Source: Auanema rhodensis
Taxonomy: Eukaryota; Animalia; Nematoda
DNA: 64,000 bases
Direction of reading: 5' to 3'
NCBI GenBank assembly: GCA_964057225.1
Contig: OZ059900.1
Location: 8,308,001-8,372,000 of the forward strand
Shown here: positions 12,301 to 28,300 of the stretch, piece by piece
Layout: the number at the start of each line of letters is the position of its first letter
How positions within the stretch are numbered: position 1 is the first letter of the stretch
The notes under the pieces: generated by a model
What the model was told of the DNA's origin: nothing
Seen by the model: the letters and a program-made list of their open reading frames with translations, nothing else
Database searches by the model: none
Made by a program: the position numbers and the translations under genes

Positions 12301-15300
12301 ACTGTCATAGAATGTTCATATAGGTGTATTTTGCACGAATATCAAAACTGATTGAAATATGGGCCTTTTTATGCTCAAAACGCCATATATTCAACGATTT
12401 TGGGTACAAAACATGTGAAAACTGTATGTTTTGATCAGACCCTTTGAGATATGGATTTGAAATTCAGGATTCATAAACTTTGACTATTTTTACATATATA
12501 TGTCCAATTTTAACCACTTTGGTCAAAAAGGACCGAAAATATCAAGAATTATTGGTTTTTTGGGGATTGAAGGGCATTTTGGCAAAATCAGTCAAACTTT
12601 TGATCTTAAGCATATTTTTTTCTTCTAAAACGACTAAATGTATGAAATACTGTCATAGAATGTTCATATAGGTGTATTTTGCACGAATATCAAAACTGAT
12701 TGAAATATGGGCCTTTTTATGCTCAAAACGCCATATATTCAACGATTTTGGGTACAAAACATGTGAAAACTGTATGTTTTGATCAGACCCTTTGAGATAT
12801 GGATTTGAAATTCAGGATTCATAAACTTTGACTATTTTTACATATATATGTCCAATTTTAACCACTTTGGTCAAAAAGGACCGAAAATATCAAGAATTTT
12901 TGGTTTTTTGGGGTTTGAAGGGCATTTTGGCAAAATCAGTCAAACTTTTGATCTTAAGCATATTTTTTTCTTCTAAAACAACTAAATGTATGAAATACTG
13001 TCATAGAATGTTCATATAGGTGTATTTTGCACGAATATCAAAACTGATTGAAATATGGGCCTTTTTATGCTCAAAACGCCATATATTCAACGATTTTGGG
13101 TACAAAACATGTGAAAACTGTATGTTTTGATCAGACCCTTTGAGATATGGATTTGAAATTCAGGATTCATAAACTTTGACTATTTTTACATATATATGTC
13201 CAATTTTAACCACTTTGGTCAAAAAGGACCGAAAATATCAAGAATTATTGGTTTTTTGGGGTTTGAAGGACATTTTGGCTAAATCAGTCAAACTTTTGAT
13301 CTTAAGCATATTTTTTTCTTCTAAAACGACTAAATGTATGAAATACTGTCATAGAATGTTCATATAGGTGTATTTTGCACGAATATCAAAACTGATTGAA
13401 ATATGGGCCTTTTTATGCTCAAAACGCCATATATTCAACGATTTTGGGTACAAAACATGTGAAAACTGTATGTTTTGATCAGACCCTTTGAGATATGGAT
13501 TTAAAATTCAGGATTCATAAACTTTGACTATTTTTACATAAATATGTTCAATTTTAACCACTTTGGTCAAAAAGGACCGAAAATATCAAGAATTATTGGT
13601 TTTTTGGGGATTGAAGGGCATTTTGGCAAAATCAGTCAAACTTTTGATCTTAAGCATATTTTTTTCTTCTAAAACGACTAAATGTATGAAATACTGTCAT
13701 AGAATGTTCATATAGGTGTATTTTGCACGAATATCAAAACTGATTGAAATATGGGCCTTTTTATGCTCAAAACGCCATATATTCAACGATTTTGGGTACA
13801 AAACATGTGAAAACTGTATGTTTTGATCAGACCCTTTGAGATATGGATTTGAAATTCAGGATTCATAAACTTTGACTATTTTTACATAAATATGTTCAAT
13901 TTTAACCACTTTGGTCAAAAAGGACCGAAAATATCAAGAATTATTGGTTTTTTGGGGTTTGAAGGGCATTTTGGCTAAATCAGTCAAACTTTTGATCTTA
14001 AGCATATTTTTTTCTTCTAAAACGACTAAATGTATGAAATACTGTCATAGAATGTTCATATAGGTGTATCTTGCACGAATATCAAAACTGATTGAAATAT
14101 GGGCCTTTTTATGCTCAAAACGCCATATATTCAACGATTTTGGGTACAAAACATGTGAAAACTGTATGTTTTGATCAGACCCTTTGAGATATGGATTTGA
14201 AATTCAGGATTCATAAACTTTGACTATTTTTACATATATATGTTCAATTTTAACCACTTTGGTCAAAAAGGACCGAAAATATCAAGAATTATTGGTTTTT
14301 TGGGGATTGAAGGGCATTTTGGCAAAATCAGTCAAACTTTTGATCTTAAGCATATTTTTTTCTTCTAAAACGACTAAATGTATGGAATACTGTCATAGAA
14401 TGTTGATAGAGGTGTATTTTGCACGAATATCGAAACTGATTGAAATATGGGCCTTTTTATGCTCAAAACGCCATATATTCAACGATTTTGGGTACAAAAC
14501 ATGTGAAAACTGTATGTTTTGATCAGACCCTTCGAGATATGGATTTGAAATTCAGGATTCATAAACGTTGACTATTTTTACATATATATGTCCAATTTTA
14601 ACCACTTTGGTCAAAAAGGACCGAAAATATCAAGAATTATTGGTTTTTTGGGGTTTGAAGGGCATTTTGGCTAAATCAGTCAAACTTTTGATCTTAAGCA
14701 TATTTTTTTCTTCTAAAACGACTAAATGTATGAAATACTGTCATAGAATGTTCATATAGGTGTATTTTGCACGAATATCAAAACTGATTGAAATATGGGC
14801 CTTTTTATGCTCAAAACGCCATATATTCAACGATTTTGGGTACAAAACATGTGAAAACTGTATGTTTTGATCAGACCCTTTGAGATATGGATTTGAAATT
14901 CAGGATTCATAAACGTTGACTATTTTTACATATATATGTCCAATTTTAACCACTTTGGTCAAAAAGGACCGAAAATATCAAGAATTATTGGTTTTTTGGG
15001 GTTTGAAGGACATTTTGGCTAAATCAGTCAAACTTTTGATCTTAAGCATATTTTTTTCTTCTAAAACGACTAAATGTATGAAATACTGTCATAGAATGTT
15101 CATATAGGTGTATTTTGCACGAATATCAAAACTGATTGAAATATGGGCCTTTTTATGCTCAAAACGCCATATATTCAACGATTTTGGGTACAAAACATGT
15201 GAAAACTGTATGTTTTGATCAGACCCTTTGAGATATGGATTTGAAATTCAGGATTCATAAACTTTGACTATTTTTACATATATATGTCCAATTTTAACCA

Positions 15301-15613
15301 CTTTGGTCAAAAAGGACCGAAAATATCAAGAATTATTGGTTTTTTGGGGATTGAAGGGCATTTTGGCAAAATCAGTCAAACTTTTGATCTTAAGCATATT
15401 TTTTTCTTCTAAAACGACTAAATGTATGAAATACTGTCATAGAATGTTCATATAGGTGTATTTTGCACGAATATCAAAACTGATTGAAATATGGGCCTTT
15501 TTATGCTCAAAACGCCATATATTCAACGATTTTGGGTACAAAACATGTGAAAACTGTATGTTTTGATCAGACCCTTTGAGATATGGATTTGAAATTCAGG
15601 ATTCATAAACTTT
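7958..15613. repeat. 11-monomer (3828-bp) tandem block duplication
   Basis: Rare markers recur at +3828: TATCTTG 10242/14070, CTTCGAG 10705/14533, AAAACAAC 9152/12980, the T10 monomer 7956/11784 and the 100-aa ORF 10392/14220. Confidence 0.88.
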
Positions 15614-18600
15614 GACTATTTTTACATATATATGTCCAATTTTAACCACTTTGGTCAAAAAGGACCGAAAATATCAAGAATTATTGGTTTTTTGGGGTTT
15701 GAAGGACATTTTGGCTAAATCAGTCAAACTTTTGATCTTAAGCATATTTTTTTCTTCTAAAACGACTAAATGTATGAAATACTGTCATAGAATGTTCATA
15801 TAGGTGTATTTTGCACGAATATCAAAACTGATTGAAATATGGGCCTTTTTATGCTCAAAACGCCATATATTCAACGATTTTGGGTACAAAACATGTGAAA
15901 ACTGTATGTTTTGATCAGACCCTTTGAGATATGGATTTGAAATTCAGGATTCATAAACTTTGACTATTTTTACATATATATGTCCAATTTTAACCACTTT
16001 GGTCAAAAAGGACCGAAAATATCAAGAATTATTGGTTTTTTGGGGATTGAAGGGCATTTTGGCAAAATCAGTCAAACTTTTGATCTTAAGCATATTTTTT
16101 TCTTCTAAAACGACTAAATGTATGAAATACTGTCATAGAATGTTCATATAGGTGTATTTTGCACGAATATCAAAACTGATTGAAATATGGGCCTTTTTAT
16201 GCTCAAAACGCCATATATTCAACGATTTTGGGTACAAAACATGTGAAAACTGTATGTTTTGATCAGACCCTTTGAGATATGGATTTGAAATTCAGGATTC
16301 ATAAACTTTGACTATTTTTACATATATATGTCCAATTTTAACCACTTTGGTCAAAAAGGACCGAAAATATCAAGAATTATTGGTTTTTTGGGGTTTGAAG
16401 GGCATTTTGGCAAAATCAGTCAAACTTTTGATCTTAAGCATATTTTTTTCTTCTAAAACAACTAAATGTATGAAATACTGTCATAGAATGTTCATATAGG
16501 TGTATTTTGCACGAATATCAAAACTGATTGAAATATGGGCCTTTTTATGCTCAAAACGCCATATATTCAACGATTTTGGGTACAAAACATGTGAAAACTG
16601 TATGTTTTGATCAGACCCTTTGAGATATGGATTTGAAATTCAGGATTCATAAACTTTGACTATTTTTACATATATATGTCCAATTTTAACCACTTTGGTC
16701 AAAAAGGACCGAAAATATCAAGAATTATTGGTTTTTTGGGGTTTGAAGGACATTTTGGCTAAATCAGTCAAACTTTTGATCTTAAGCATATTTTTTTCTT
16801 CTAAAACGACTAAATGTATGGAATACTGTCATAGAATGTTGATAGAGGTGTATTTTGCACGAATATCGAAACTGATTGAAATATGGGCCTTTTTATGCTC
16901 AAAACGCCATATATTCAACGATTTTGGGTACAAAACATGTGAAAACTGTATGTTTTGATCAGACCCTTCGAGATATGGATTTGAAATTCAGGATTCATAA
17001 ACGTTGACTATTTTTACATATATATGTCCAATTTTAACCACTTTGGTCAAAAAGGACCGAAAATATCAAGAATTATTGGTTTTTTGGGGTTTGAAGGGCA
17101 TTTTGGCTAAATCAGTCAAACTTTTGATCTTAAGCATATTTTTTTCTTCTAAAACGACTAAATGTATGAAATACTGTCATAGAATGTTCATATAGGTGTA
17201 TTTTGCACGAATATCAAAACTGATTGAAATATGGGCCTTTTTATGCTCAAAACGCCATATATTCAACGATTTTGGGTACAAAACATGTGAAAACTGTATG
17301 TTTTGATCAGACCCTTTGAGATATGGATTTGAAATTCAGGATTCATAAACGTTGACTATTTTTACATATATATGTCCAATTTTAACCACTTTGGTCAAAA
17401 AGGACCGAAAATATCAAGAATTATTGGTTTTTTGGGGTTTGAAGGACATTTTGGCTAAATCAGTCAAACTTTTGATCTTAAGCATATTTTTTTCTTCTAA
17501 AACGACTAAATGTATGAAATACTGTCATAGAATGTTCATATAGGTGTATTTTGCACGAATATCAAAACTGATTGAAATATGGGCCTTTTTATGCTCAAAA
17601 CGCCATATATTCAACGATTTTGGGTACAAAACATGTGAAAACTGTATGTTTTGATCAGACCCTTTGAGATATGGATTTGAAATTCAGGATTCATAAACTT
17701 TGACTATTTTTACATATATATGTCCAATTTTAACCACTTTGGTCAAAAAGGACCGAAAATATCAAGAATTATTGGTTTTTTGGGGATTGAAGGGCATTTT
17801 GGCAAAATCAGTCAAACTTTTGATCTTAAGCATATTTTTTTCTTCTAAAACGACTAAATGTATGAAATACTGTCATAGAATGTTCATATAGGTGTATTTT
17901 GCACGAATATCAAAACTGATTGAAATATGGGCCTTTTTATGCTCAAAACGCCATATATTCAACGATTTTGGGTACAAAACATGTGAAAACTGTATGTTTT
18001 GATCAGACCCTTTGAGATATGGATTTGAAATTCAGGATTCATAAACTTTGACTATTTTTACATATATATGTCCAATTTTAACCACTTTGGTCAAAAAGGA
18101 CCGAAAATATCAAGAATTATTGGTTTTTTGGGGTTTGAAGGACATTTTGGCTAAATCAGTCAAACTTTTGATCTTAAGCATATTTTTTTCTTCTAAAACG
18201 ACTAAATGTATGAAATACTGTCATAGAATGTTCATATAGGTGTATTTTGCACGAATATCAAAACTGATTGAAATATGGGCCTTTTTATGCTCAAAACGCC
18301 ATATATTCAACGATTTTGGGTACAAAACATGTGAAAACTGTATGTTTTGATCAGACCCTTTGAGATATGGATTTGAAATTCAGGATTCATAAACTTTGAC
18401 TATTTTTACATATATATGTCCAATTTTAACCACTTTGGTCAAAAAGGACCGAAAATATCAAGAATTATTGGTTTTTTGGGGATTGAAGGGCATTTTGGCA
18501 AAATCAGTCAAACTTTTGATCTTAAGCATATTTTTTTCTTCTAAAACGACTAAATGTATGAAATACTGTCATAGAATGTTCATATAGGTGTATTTTGCAC

Positions 18601-19256
18601 GAATATCAAAACTGATTGAAATATGGGCCTTTTTATGCTCAAAACGCCATATATTCAACGATTTTGGGTACAAAACATGTGAAAACTGTATGTTTTGATC
18701 AGACCCTTTGAGATATGGATTTGAAATTCAGGATTCATAAACTTTGACTATTTTTACATATATATGTCCAATTTTAACCACTTTGGTCAAAAAGGACCGA
18801 AAATATCAAGAATTATTGGTTTTTTGGGGTTTGAAGGGCATTTTGGCAAAATCAGTCAAACTTTTGATCTTAAGCATATTTTTTTCTTCTAAAACAACTA
18901 AATGTATGAAATACTGTCATAGAATGTTCATATAGGTGTATTTTGCACGAATATCAAAACTGATTGAAATATGGGCCTTTTTATGCTCAAAACGCCATAT
19001 ATTCAACGATTTTGGGTACAAAACATGTGAAAACTGTATGTTTTGATCAGACCCTTTGAGATATGGATTTGAAATTCAGGATTCATAAACTTTGACTATT
19101 TTTACATATATATGTCCAATTTTAACCACTTTGGTCAAAAAGGACCGAAAATATCAAGAATTATTGGTTTTTTGGGGTTTGAAGGACATTTTGGCTAAAT
19201 CAGTCAAACTTTTGATCTTAAGCATATTTTTTTCTTCTAAAACGACTAAATGTATG
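14385..19256. repeat. 7-monomer (2436-bp) tandem duplication with breakpoint inside chimeric monomer 16656
   Basis: CTTCGAG 14533/16969, the AAACGTT monomer pairs 14568+14916 / 17004+17352, and AAAACAAC 16460/18896 all recur at +2436. Confidence 0.88.
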
Positions 19257-22200
19257 AAATACTGTCATAGAATGTTCATATAGGTGTATTTTGCACGAAT
19301 ATCAAAACTGATTGAAATATGGGCCTTTTTATGCTCAAAACGCCATATATTCAACGATTTTGGGTACAAAACATGTGAAAACTGTATGTTTTGATCAGAC
19401 CCTTTGAGATATGGATTTAAAATTCAGGATTCATAAACTTTGACTATTTTTACATAAATATGTTCAATTTTAACCACTTTGGTCAAAAAGGACCGAAAAT
19501 ATCAAGAATTATTGGTTTTTTGGGGATTGAAGGGCATTTTGGCAAAATCAGTCAAACTTTTGATCTTAAGCATATTTTTTTCTTCTAAAACGACTAAATG
19601 TATGAAATACTGTCATAGAATGTTCATATAGGTGTATTTTGCACGAATATCAAAACTGATTGAAATATGGGCCTTTTTATGCTCAAAACGCCATATATTC
19701 AACGATTTTGGGTACAAAACATGTGAAAACTGTATGTTTTGATCAGACCCTTTGAGATATGGATTTGAAATTCAGGATTCATAAACTTTGACTATTTTTA
19801 CATAAATATGTTCAATTTTAACCACTTTGGTCAAAAAGGACCGAAAATATCAAGAATTATTGGTTTTTTGGGGTTTGAAGGGCATTTTGGCTAAATCAGT
19901 CAAACTTTTGATCTTAAGCATATTTTTTTCTTCTAAAACGACTAAATGTATGAAATACTGTCATAGAATGTTCATATAGGTGTATCTTGCACGAATATCA
20001 AAACTGATTGAAATATGGGCCTTTTTATGCTCAAAACGCCATATATTCAACGATTTTGGGTACAAAACATGTGAAAACTGTATGTTTTGATCAGACCCTT
20101 TGAGATATGGATTTGAAATTCAGGATTCATAAACTTTGACTATTTTTACATATATATGTTCAATTTTAACCACTTTGGTCAAAAAGGACCGAAAATATCA
20201 AGAATTATTGGTTTTTTGGGGATTGAAGGGCATTTTGGCAAAATCAGTCAAACTTTTGATCTTAAGCATATTTTTTTCTTCTAAAACGACTAAATGTATG
20301 GAATACTGTCATAGAATGTTGATAGAGGTGTATTTTGCACGAATATCGAAACTGATTGAAATATGGGCCTTTTTATGCTCAAAACGCCATATATTCAACG
20401 ATTTTGGGTACAAAACATGTGAAAACTGTATGTTTTGATCAGACCCTTCGAGATATGGATTTGAAATTCAGGATTCATAAACGTTGACTATTTTTACATA
20501 TATATGTCCAATTTTAACCACTTTGGTCAAAAAGGACCGAAAATATCAAGAATTATTGGTTTTTTGGGGTTTGAAGGGCATTTTGGCTAAATCAGTCAAA
20601 CTTTTGATCTTAAGCATATTTTTTTCTTCTAAAACGACTAAATGTATGAAATACTGTCATAGAATGTTCATATAGGTGTATTTTGCACGAATATCAAAAC
20701 TGATTGAAATATGGGCCTTTTTATGCTCAAAACGCCATATATTCAACGATTTTGGGTACAAAACATGTGAAAACTGTATGTTTTGATCAGACCCTTTGAG
20801 ATATGGATTTGAAATTCAGGATTCATAAACGTTGACTATTTTTACATATATATGTCCAATTTTAACCACTTTGGTCAAAAAGGACCGAAAATATCAAGAA
20901 TTATTGGTTTTTTGGGGTTTGAAGGACATTTTGGCTAAATCAGTCAAACTTTTGATCTTAAGCATATTTTTTTCTTCTAAAACGACTAAATGTATGAAAT
21001 ACTGTCATAGAATGTTCATATAGGTGTATTTTGCACGAATATCAAAACTGATTGAAATATGGGCCTTTTTATGCTCAAAACGCCATATATTCAACGATTT
21101 TGGGTACAAAACATGTGAAAACTGTATGTTTTGATCAGACCCTTTGAGATATGGATTTGAAATTCAGGATTCATAAACTTTGACTATTTTTACATATATA
21201 TGTCCAATTTTAACCACTTTGGTCAAAAAGGACCGAAAATATCAAGAATTATTGGTTTTTTGGGGATTGAAGGGCATTTTGGCAAAATCAGTCAAACTTT
21301 TGATCTTAAGCATATTTTTTTCTTCTAAAACGACTAAATGTATGAAATACTGTCATAGAATGTTCATATAGGTGTATTTTGCACGAATATCAAAACTGAT
21401 TGAAATATGGGCCTTTTTATGCTCAAAACGCCATATATTCAACGATTTTGGGTACAAAACATGTGAAAACTGTATGTTTTGATCAGACCCTTTGAGATAT
21501 GGATTTGAAATTCAGGATTCATAAACTTCGACTATTTTTACATAAATATGTTCAATTTTAACCACTTTGGTCAAAAAGGACCGAAAATATCAAGAATTAT
21601 TGGTTTTTTGGGGTTTGAAGGACATTTTGGCTAAATCAGTCAAACTTTTGATCTTAAGCATATTTTTTTCTTCTAAAACGACTAAATGTATGAAATACTG
21701 TCATAGAATGTTCATATAGGTGTATTTTGCACGAATATCAAAACTGATTGAAATATGGGCCTTTTTATGCTCAAAACGCCATATATTCAACGATTTTGGG
21801 TACAAAACATGTGAAAACTGTATGTTTTGATCAGACCCTTTGAGATATGGATTTGAAATTCAGGATTCATAAACTTTGACTATTTTTACATATATATGTC
21901 CAATTTTAACCACTTTGGTCAAAAAGGACCGAAAATATCAAGAATTATTGGTTTTTTGGGGTTTGAAGGACATTTTGGCTAAATCAGTCAAACTTTTGAT
22001 CTTAAGCATATTTTTTTCTTCTAAAACGACTAAATGTATGAAATACTGTCATAGAATGTTCATATAGGTGTATTTTGCACGAATATCAAAACTGATTGAA
22101 ATATGGGCCTTTTTATGCTCAAAACGCCATATATTCAACGATTTTGGGTACAAAACATGTGAAAACTGTATGTTTTGATCAGACCCTTTGAGATATGGAT

Positions 22201-25200
22201 TTGAAATTCAGGATTCATAAACTTTGACTATTTTTACATATATATGTCCAATTTTAACCACTTTGGTCAAAAAGGACCGAAAATATCAAGAATTATTGGT
22301 TTTTTGGGGATTGAAGGGCATTTTGGCAAAATCAGTCAAACTTTTGATCTTAAGCATATTTTTTTCTTCTAAAACGACTAAATGTATGAAATACTGTCAT
22401 AGAATGTTCATATAGGTGTATTTTGCACGAATATCAAAACTGATTGAAATATGGGCCTTTTTATGCTCAAAACGCCATATATTCAACGATTTTGGGTACA
22501 AAACATGTGAAAACTGTATGTTTTGATCAGACCCTTTGAGATATGGATTTGAAATTCAGGATTCATAAACTTTGACTATTTTTACATAAATATGTTCAAT
22601 TTTAACCACTTTGGTCAAAAAGGACCGAAAATATCAAGAATTATTGGTTTTTTGGGGATTGAAGGGCATTTTGGCAAAATCAGTCAAACTTTTGATCTTA
22701 AGCATATTTTTTTCTTCTAAAACGACTAAATGTATGAAATACTGTCATAGAATGTTCATATAGGTGTATTTTGCACGAATATCAAAACTGATTGAAATAT
22801 GGGCCTTTTTATGCTCAAAACGCCATATATTCAACGATTTTGGGTACAAAACATGTGAAAACTGTATGTTTTGATCAGACCCTTTGAGATATGGATTTGA
22901 AATTCAGGATTCATAAACTTTGACTATTTTTACATAAATATGTTCAATTTTAACCACTTTGGTCAAAAAGGACCGAAAATATCAAGAATTATTGGTTTTT
23001 TGGGGTTTGAAGGGCATTTTGGCTAAATCAGTCAAACTTTTGATCTTATGCATATTTTTTTCTTCTAAAACGACTAAATGTATGAAATACTGTCATAGAA
23101 TGTTCATATAGGTGTATTTTGCACGAATATCAAAACTGATTGAAATATGGGCCTTTTTATGCTCAAAACGCCATATATTCAACGATTTTGGGTACAAAAC
23201 ATGTGAAAACTGTATGTTTTGATCAGACCCTTTGAGATATGGATTTGAAATTCAGGATTCATAAACTTTGACTATTTTTACATATATATGTCCAATTTTA
23301 ACCACTTTGGTCAAAAAGGACCGAAAATATCAAGAATTATTGGTTTTTTGGGGTTTGAAGGACATTTTGGCTAAATCAGTCAAACTTTTGATCTTAAGCA
23401 TATTTTTTTCTTCTAAAACGACTAAATGTATGAAATACTGTCATAGAATGTTCATATAGGTGTATTTTGCACGAATATCAAAACTGATTGAAATATGGGC
23501 CTTTTTATGCTCAAAACGCCATATATTCAACGATTTTGGGTACAAAACATGTGAAAACTGTATGTTTTGATCAGACCCTTTGAGATATGGATTTGAAATT
23601 CAGGATTCATAAACTTTGACTATTTTTACATATATATGTCCAATTTTAACCACTTTGGTCAAAAAGGACCGAAAATATCAAGAATTATTGGTTTTTTGGG
23701 GTTTGAAGGACATTTTGGCTAAATCAGTCAAACTTTTGATCTTAAGCATATTTTTTTCTTCTAAAACGACTAAATGTATGAAATACTGTCATAGAATGTT
23801 CATATAGGTGTATTTTGCACGAATATCAAAACTGATTGAAATATGGGCCTTTTTATGCTCAAAACGCCATATATTCAACGATTTTGGGTACAAAACATGT
23901 GAAAACTGTATGTTTTGATCAGACCCTTTGAGATATGGATTTGAAATTCAGGATTCATAAACTTTGACTATTTTTACATATATATGTCCAATTTTAACCA
24001 CTTTGGTCAAAAAGGACCGAAAATATCAAGAATTATTGGTTTTTTGGGGATTGAAGGGCATTTTGGCAAAATCAGTCAAACTTTTGATCTTAAGCATATT
24101 TTTTTCTTCTAAAACGACTAAATGTATGAAATACTGTCATAGAATGTTCATATAGGTGTATTTTGCACGAATATCAAAACTGATTGAAATATGGGCCTTT
24201 TTATGCTCCAAACGCCATATATTCAACGATTTTGGGTACAAAACATGTGAAAACTGTATGTTTTGATCAGACCCTTTGAGATATGGATTTGAAATTCAGG
24301 ATTCATAAACTTTGACTATTTTTACATAAATATGTTCAATTTTAACCACTTTGGTCAAAAAGGACCGAAAATATCAAGAATTATTGGTTTTTTGGGGATT
24401 GAAGGGCATTTTGGCAAAATCAGTCAAACTTTTGATCTTAAGCATATTTTTTTTTTCTAAAACGACTAAATGTATGAAATACTGTCATAGAATGTTCATA
24501 TAGGTGTATTTTGCACGAATATCAAAACTGATTGAAATATGGGCCTTTTTATGCTCAAAACGCCATATATTCAACGATTTTGGGTACAAAACATGTGAAA
24601 ACTGTATGTTTTGATCAGACCCTTTGAGATATGGATTTGAAATTCAGGATTCATAAACTTTGACTATTTTTACATAAATATGTTCAATTTTAACCACTTT
24701 GGTCAAAAAGGACCGAAAATATCAAGAATTATTGGTTTTTTGGGGTTTGAAGGGCATTTTGGCTAAATCAGTCAAACTTTTGATCTTATGCATATTTTTT
24801 TCTTCTAAAACGACTAAATGTATGAAATACTGTCATAGAATGTTCATATAGGTGTATTTTGCACGAATATCAAAACTGATTGAAATATGGGCCTTTTTAT
24901 GCTTAAAACGCCATATATTCAACGATTTTGGGTACAAAACATGTGAAAACTGTATGTTTTGATCAGACCCTTTGAGATATGGATTTGAAATTCAGGATTC
25001 ATAAACTTTGACTATTTTTACATAAATATGTTCAATTTTAACCACTTTGGTCAAAAAGGACCGAAAATATCAAGAATTATTGGTTTTTTGGGGATTGAAG
25101 GGCATTTTGGCAAAATCAGTCAAACTTTTGATCTTAAGCATATTTTTTTCTTCTAAAACGACTAAATGTATGAAATACTGTCATAGAATGTTCATATAGG

Positions 25201-25355
25201 TGTATTTTGCACGAATATCAAAACTGATTGAAATATGGGCCTTTTTATGCTCAAAACGCCATATATTCAACGATTTTGGGTACAAAACATGTGAAAACTG
25301 TATGTTTTGATCAGACCCTTTGAGATATGGATTTGAAATTCAGGATTCATAAACT

Positions 25356-28300
25356 TTGACTATTTTTACATAAATATGTTCAATTTTAACCACTTTGGTC
25401 AAAAAGGACCGAAAATATCAAGAATTATTGGTTTTTTGGGGTTTGAAGGGCATTTTGGCTAAATCAGTCAAACTTTTGATCTTATGCATATTTTTTTCTT
25501 CTAAAACGACTAAATGTATGAAATACTGTCATAGAATGTTCATATAGGTGTATTTTGCACGAATATCAAAACTGATTGAAATATGGGCCTTTTTATGCTC
25601 AAAACGCCATATATTCAACGATTTTGGGTACAAAACATGTGAAAACTGTATGTTTTGATCAGACCCTTTGAGATATGGATTTGAAATTCAGGATTCATAA
25701 ACTTTGACTATTTTTACATAAATATGTTCAATTTTAACCACTTTGGTCAAAAAGGACCGAAAATATCAAGAATTATTGGTTTTTTGGGGTTTGAAGGGCA
25801 TTTTGGCTAAATCAGTCAAACTTTTGATCTTATGCATATTTTTTTCTTCTAAAACGACTAAATGTATGAAATACTGTCATAGAATGTTCATATAGGTGTA
25901 TTTTGCACGAATATCAAAACTGATTGAAATATGGGCCTTTTTATGCTCAAAACGCCATATATTCAACGATTTTGGGTACAAAACATGTGAAAACTGTATG
26001 TTTTGATCAGACCCTTTGAGATATGGATTTGAAATTCAGGATTCATAAACTTTGACTATTTTTACATAAATATGTTCAATTTTAACCACTTTGGTCAAAA
26101 AGGACCGAAAATATCAAGAATTATTGGTTTTTTGGGGTTTGAAGGGCATTTTGGCTAAATCAGTCAAACTTTTGATCTTATGCATATTTTTTTCTTCTAA
26201 AACGACTAAATGTATGAAATACTGTCATAGAATGTTCATATAGGTGTATTTTGCACGAATATCAAAACTGATTGAAATATGGGCCTTTTTATGCTCAAAA
26301 CGCCATATATTCAACGATTTTGGGTACAAAACATGTGAAAACTGTATGTTTTGATCAGACCCTTTGAGATATGGATTTGAAATTCAGGATTCATAAACTT
26401 TGACTATTTTTACATAAATATGTTCAATTTTAACCACTTTGGTCAAAAAGGACCGAAAATATGAAGAATTATTGGTTTTTTGGGGTTTGAAGGGCATTTT
26501 GGCTAAATCAGTCAAACTTTTGATCTTATGCATATTTTTTTCTTCTAAAACGACTAAATGTATGAAATACTGTCATAGAATGTTCATATAGGTGTATTTT
26601 GCACGAATATCAAAACTGATTGAAATATGGGCCTTTTTATGCTCAAAACGCCATATATTCAACGATTTTGGGTACAAAACATGTGAAAACTGTATGTTTT
26701 GATCAGACCCTTTGAGATATGGATTTGAAATTCAGGATTCATAAACTTTGACTATTTTTACATAAATATGTTCAATTTTAACCACTTTGGTCAAAAAGGA
26801 CCGAAAATATCAAGAATTATTGGTTTTTTGGGGTTTGAAGGGCATTTTGGCTAAATCAGTCAAACTTTTGATCTTATGCATATTTTTTTCTTCTAAAACG
26901 ACTAAATGTATGAAATACTGTCATAGAATGTTCATATAGGTGTATTTTGCACGAATATCAAAACTGATTGAAATATGGGCCTTTTTATGCTCAAAACGCC
27001 ATATATTCAACGATTTTGGGTACAAAACATGTGAAAACTGTATGTTTTGATCAGACCCTTTGAGATATGGATTTGAAATTCAGGATTCATAAACTTTGAC
27101 TATTTTTACATATATATGTCCAATTTTAACCACTTTGGTCAAAAAGGACCAAAAATATCAAGAATTATTGGTTTTTTGGGGATTGAAGGGCATTTTGGCA
27201 AAATCAGTCAAACTTTTGATCTTAAGCATATTTTTTTCTTCTAAAACGACTAAATGTATGAAATACTGTCATAGAATGTTCATATAGGTGTATTTTGCAC
27301 GAATATCAAAACTGATTGAAATATGGGCCTTTTTATGCTCAAAACGCCATATATTCAACGATTTTGGGTACAAAACATGTGAAAACTGTATGTTTTGATC
27401 AGACCCTTTGAGATATGGATTTGAAATTCAGGATTCATAAACTTTGACTATTTTTACATATATATGTCCAATTTTAACCACTTTGGTCAAAAAGGACCGA
27501 AAATATCAAGAATTATTGGTTTTTTGGGGTTTGAAGGACATTTTGGCTAAATCAGTCAAACTTTTGATCTTAAGCATATTTTTTTCTTCTAAAACGACTA
27601 AATGTATGAAATACTGTCATAGAATGTTCATATAGGTGTATTTTGCACGAATATCAAAACTGATTGAAATATGGGCCTTTTTATGCTCAAAACGCCATAT
27701 ATTCAACGATTTTGGGTACAAAACATGTGAAAACTGTATGTTTTGATCAGACCCTTTGAGAAATGGATTTGAAATTCAGGATTCATAAACTTTGACTATT
27801 TTTACATATATATGTCCAATTTTAACCACTTTGGTCAAAAAGGACCGAAAATATCAAGAATTATTGGTTTTTTGGGGATTGAAGGGCATTTTGGCAAAAT
27901 CAGTCAAACTTTTGATCTTAAGCATATTTTTTTCTTCTAAAACGACTAAATGTATGAAATACTGTCATAGAATGTTCATATAGGTGTATTTTGCACGAAT
28001 ATCAAAACTGATTGAAATATGGGCCTTTTTATGCTCAAAACGCCATATATTCAACGATTTTGGGTACAAAACATGTGAAAACTGTATGTTTTGATCAGAC
28101 CCTTTGAGATATGGATTTGAAATTCAGGATTCATGAACTTTGACTATTTTTACATATATATGTTCAATTTTAACCACTTTGGTCAAAAAGGACCGAAAAT
28201 ATCAAGAATTATTGGTTTTTTGGGGTTTGAAGGGCATTTTGGCAAAATCAGTCAAACTTTTGATCTTAAGCATATTTTTTTCTTCTAAAACGACTAAATG

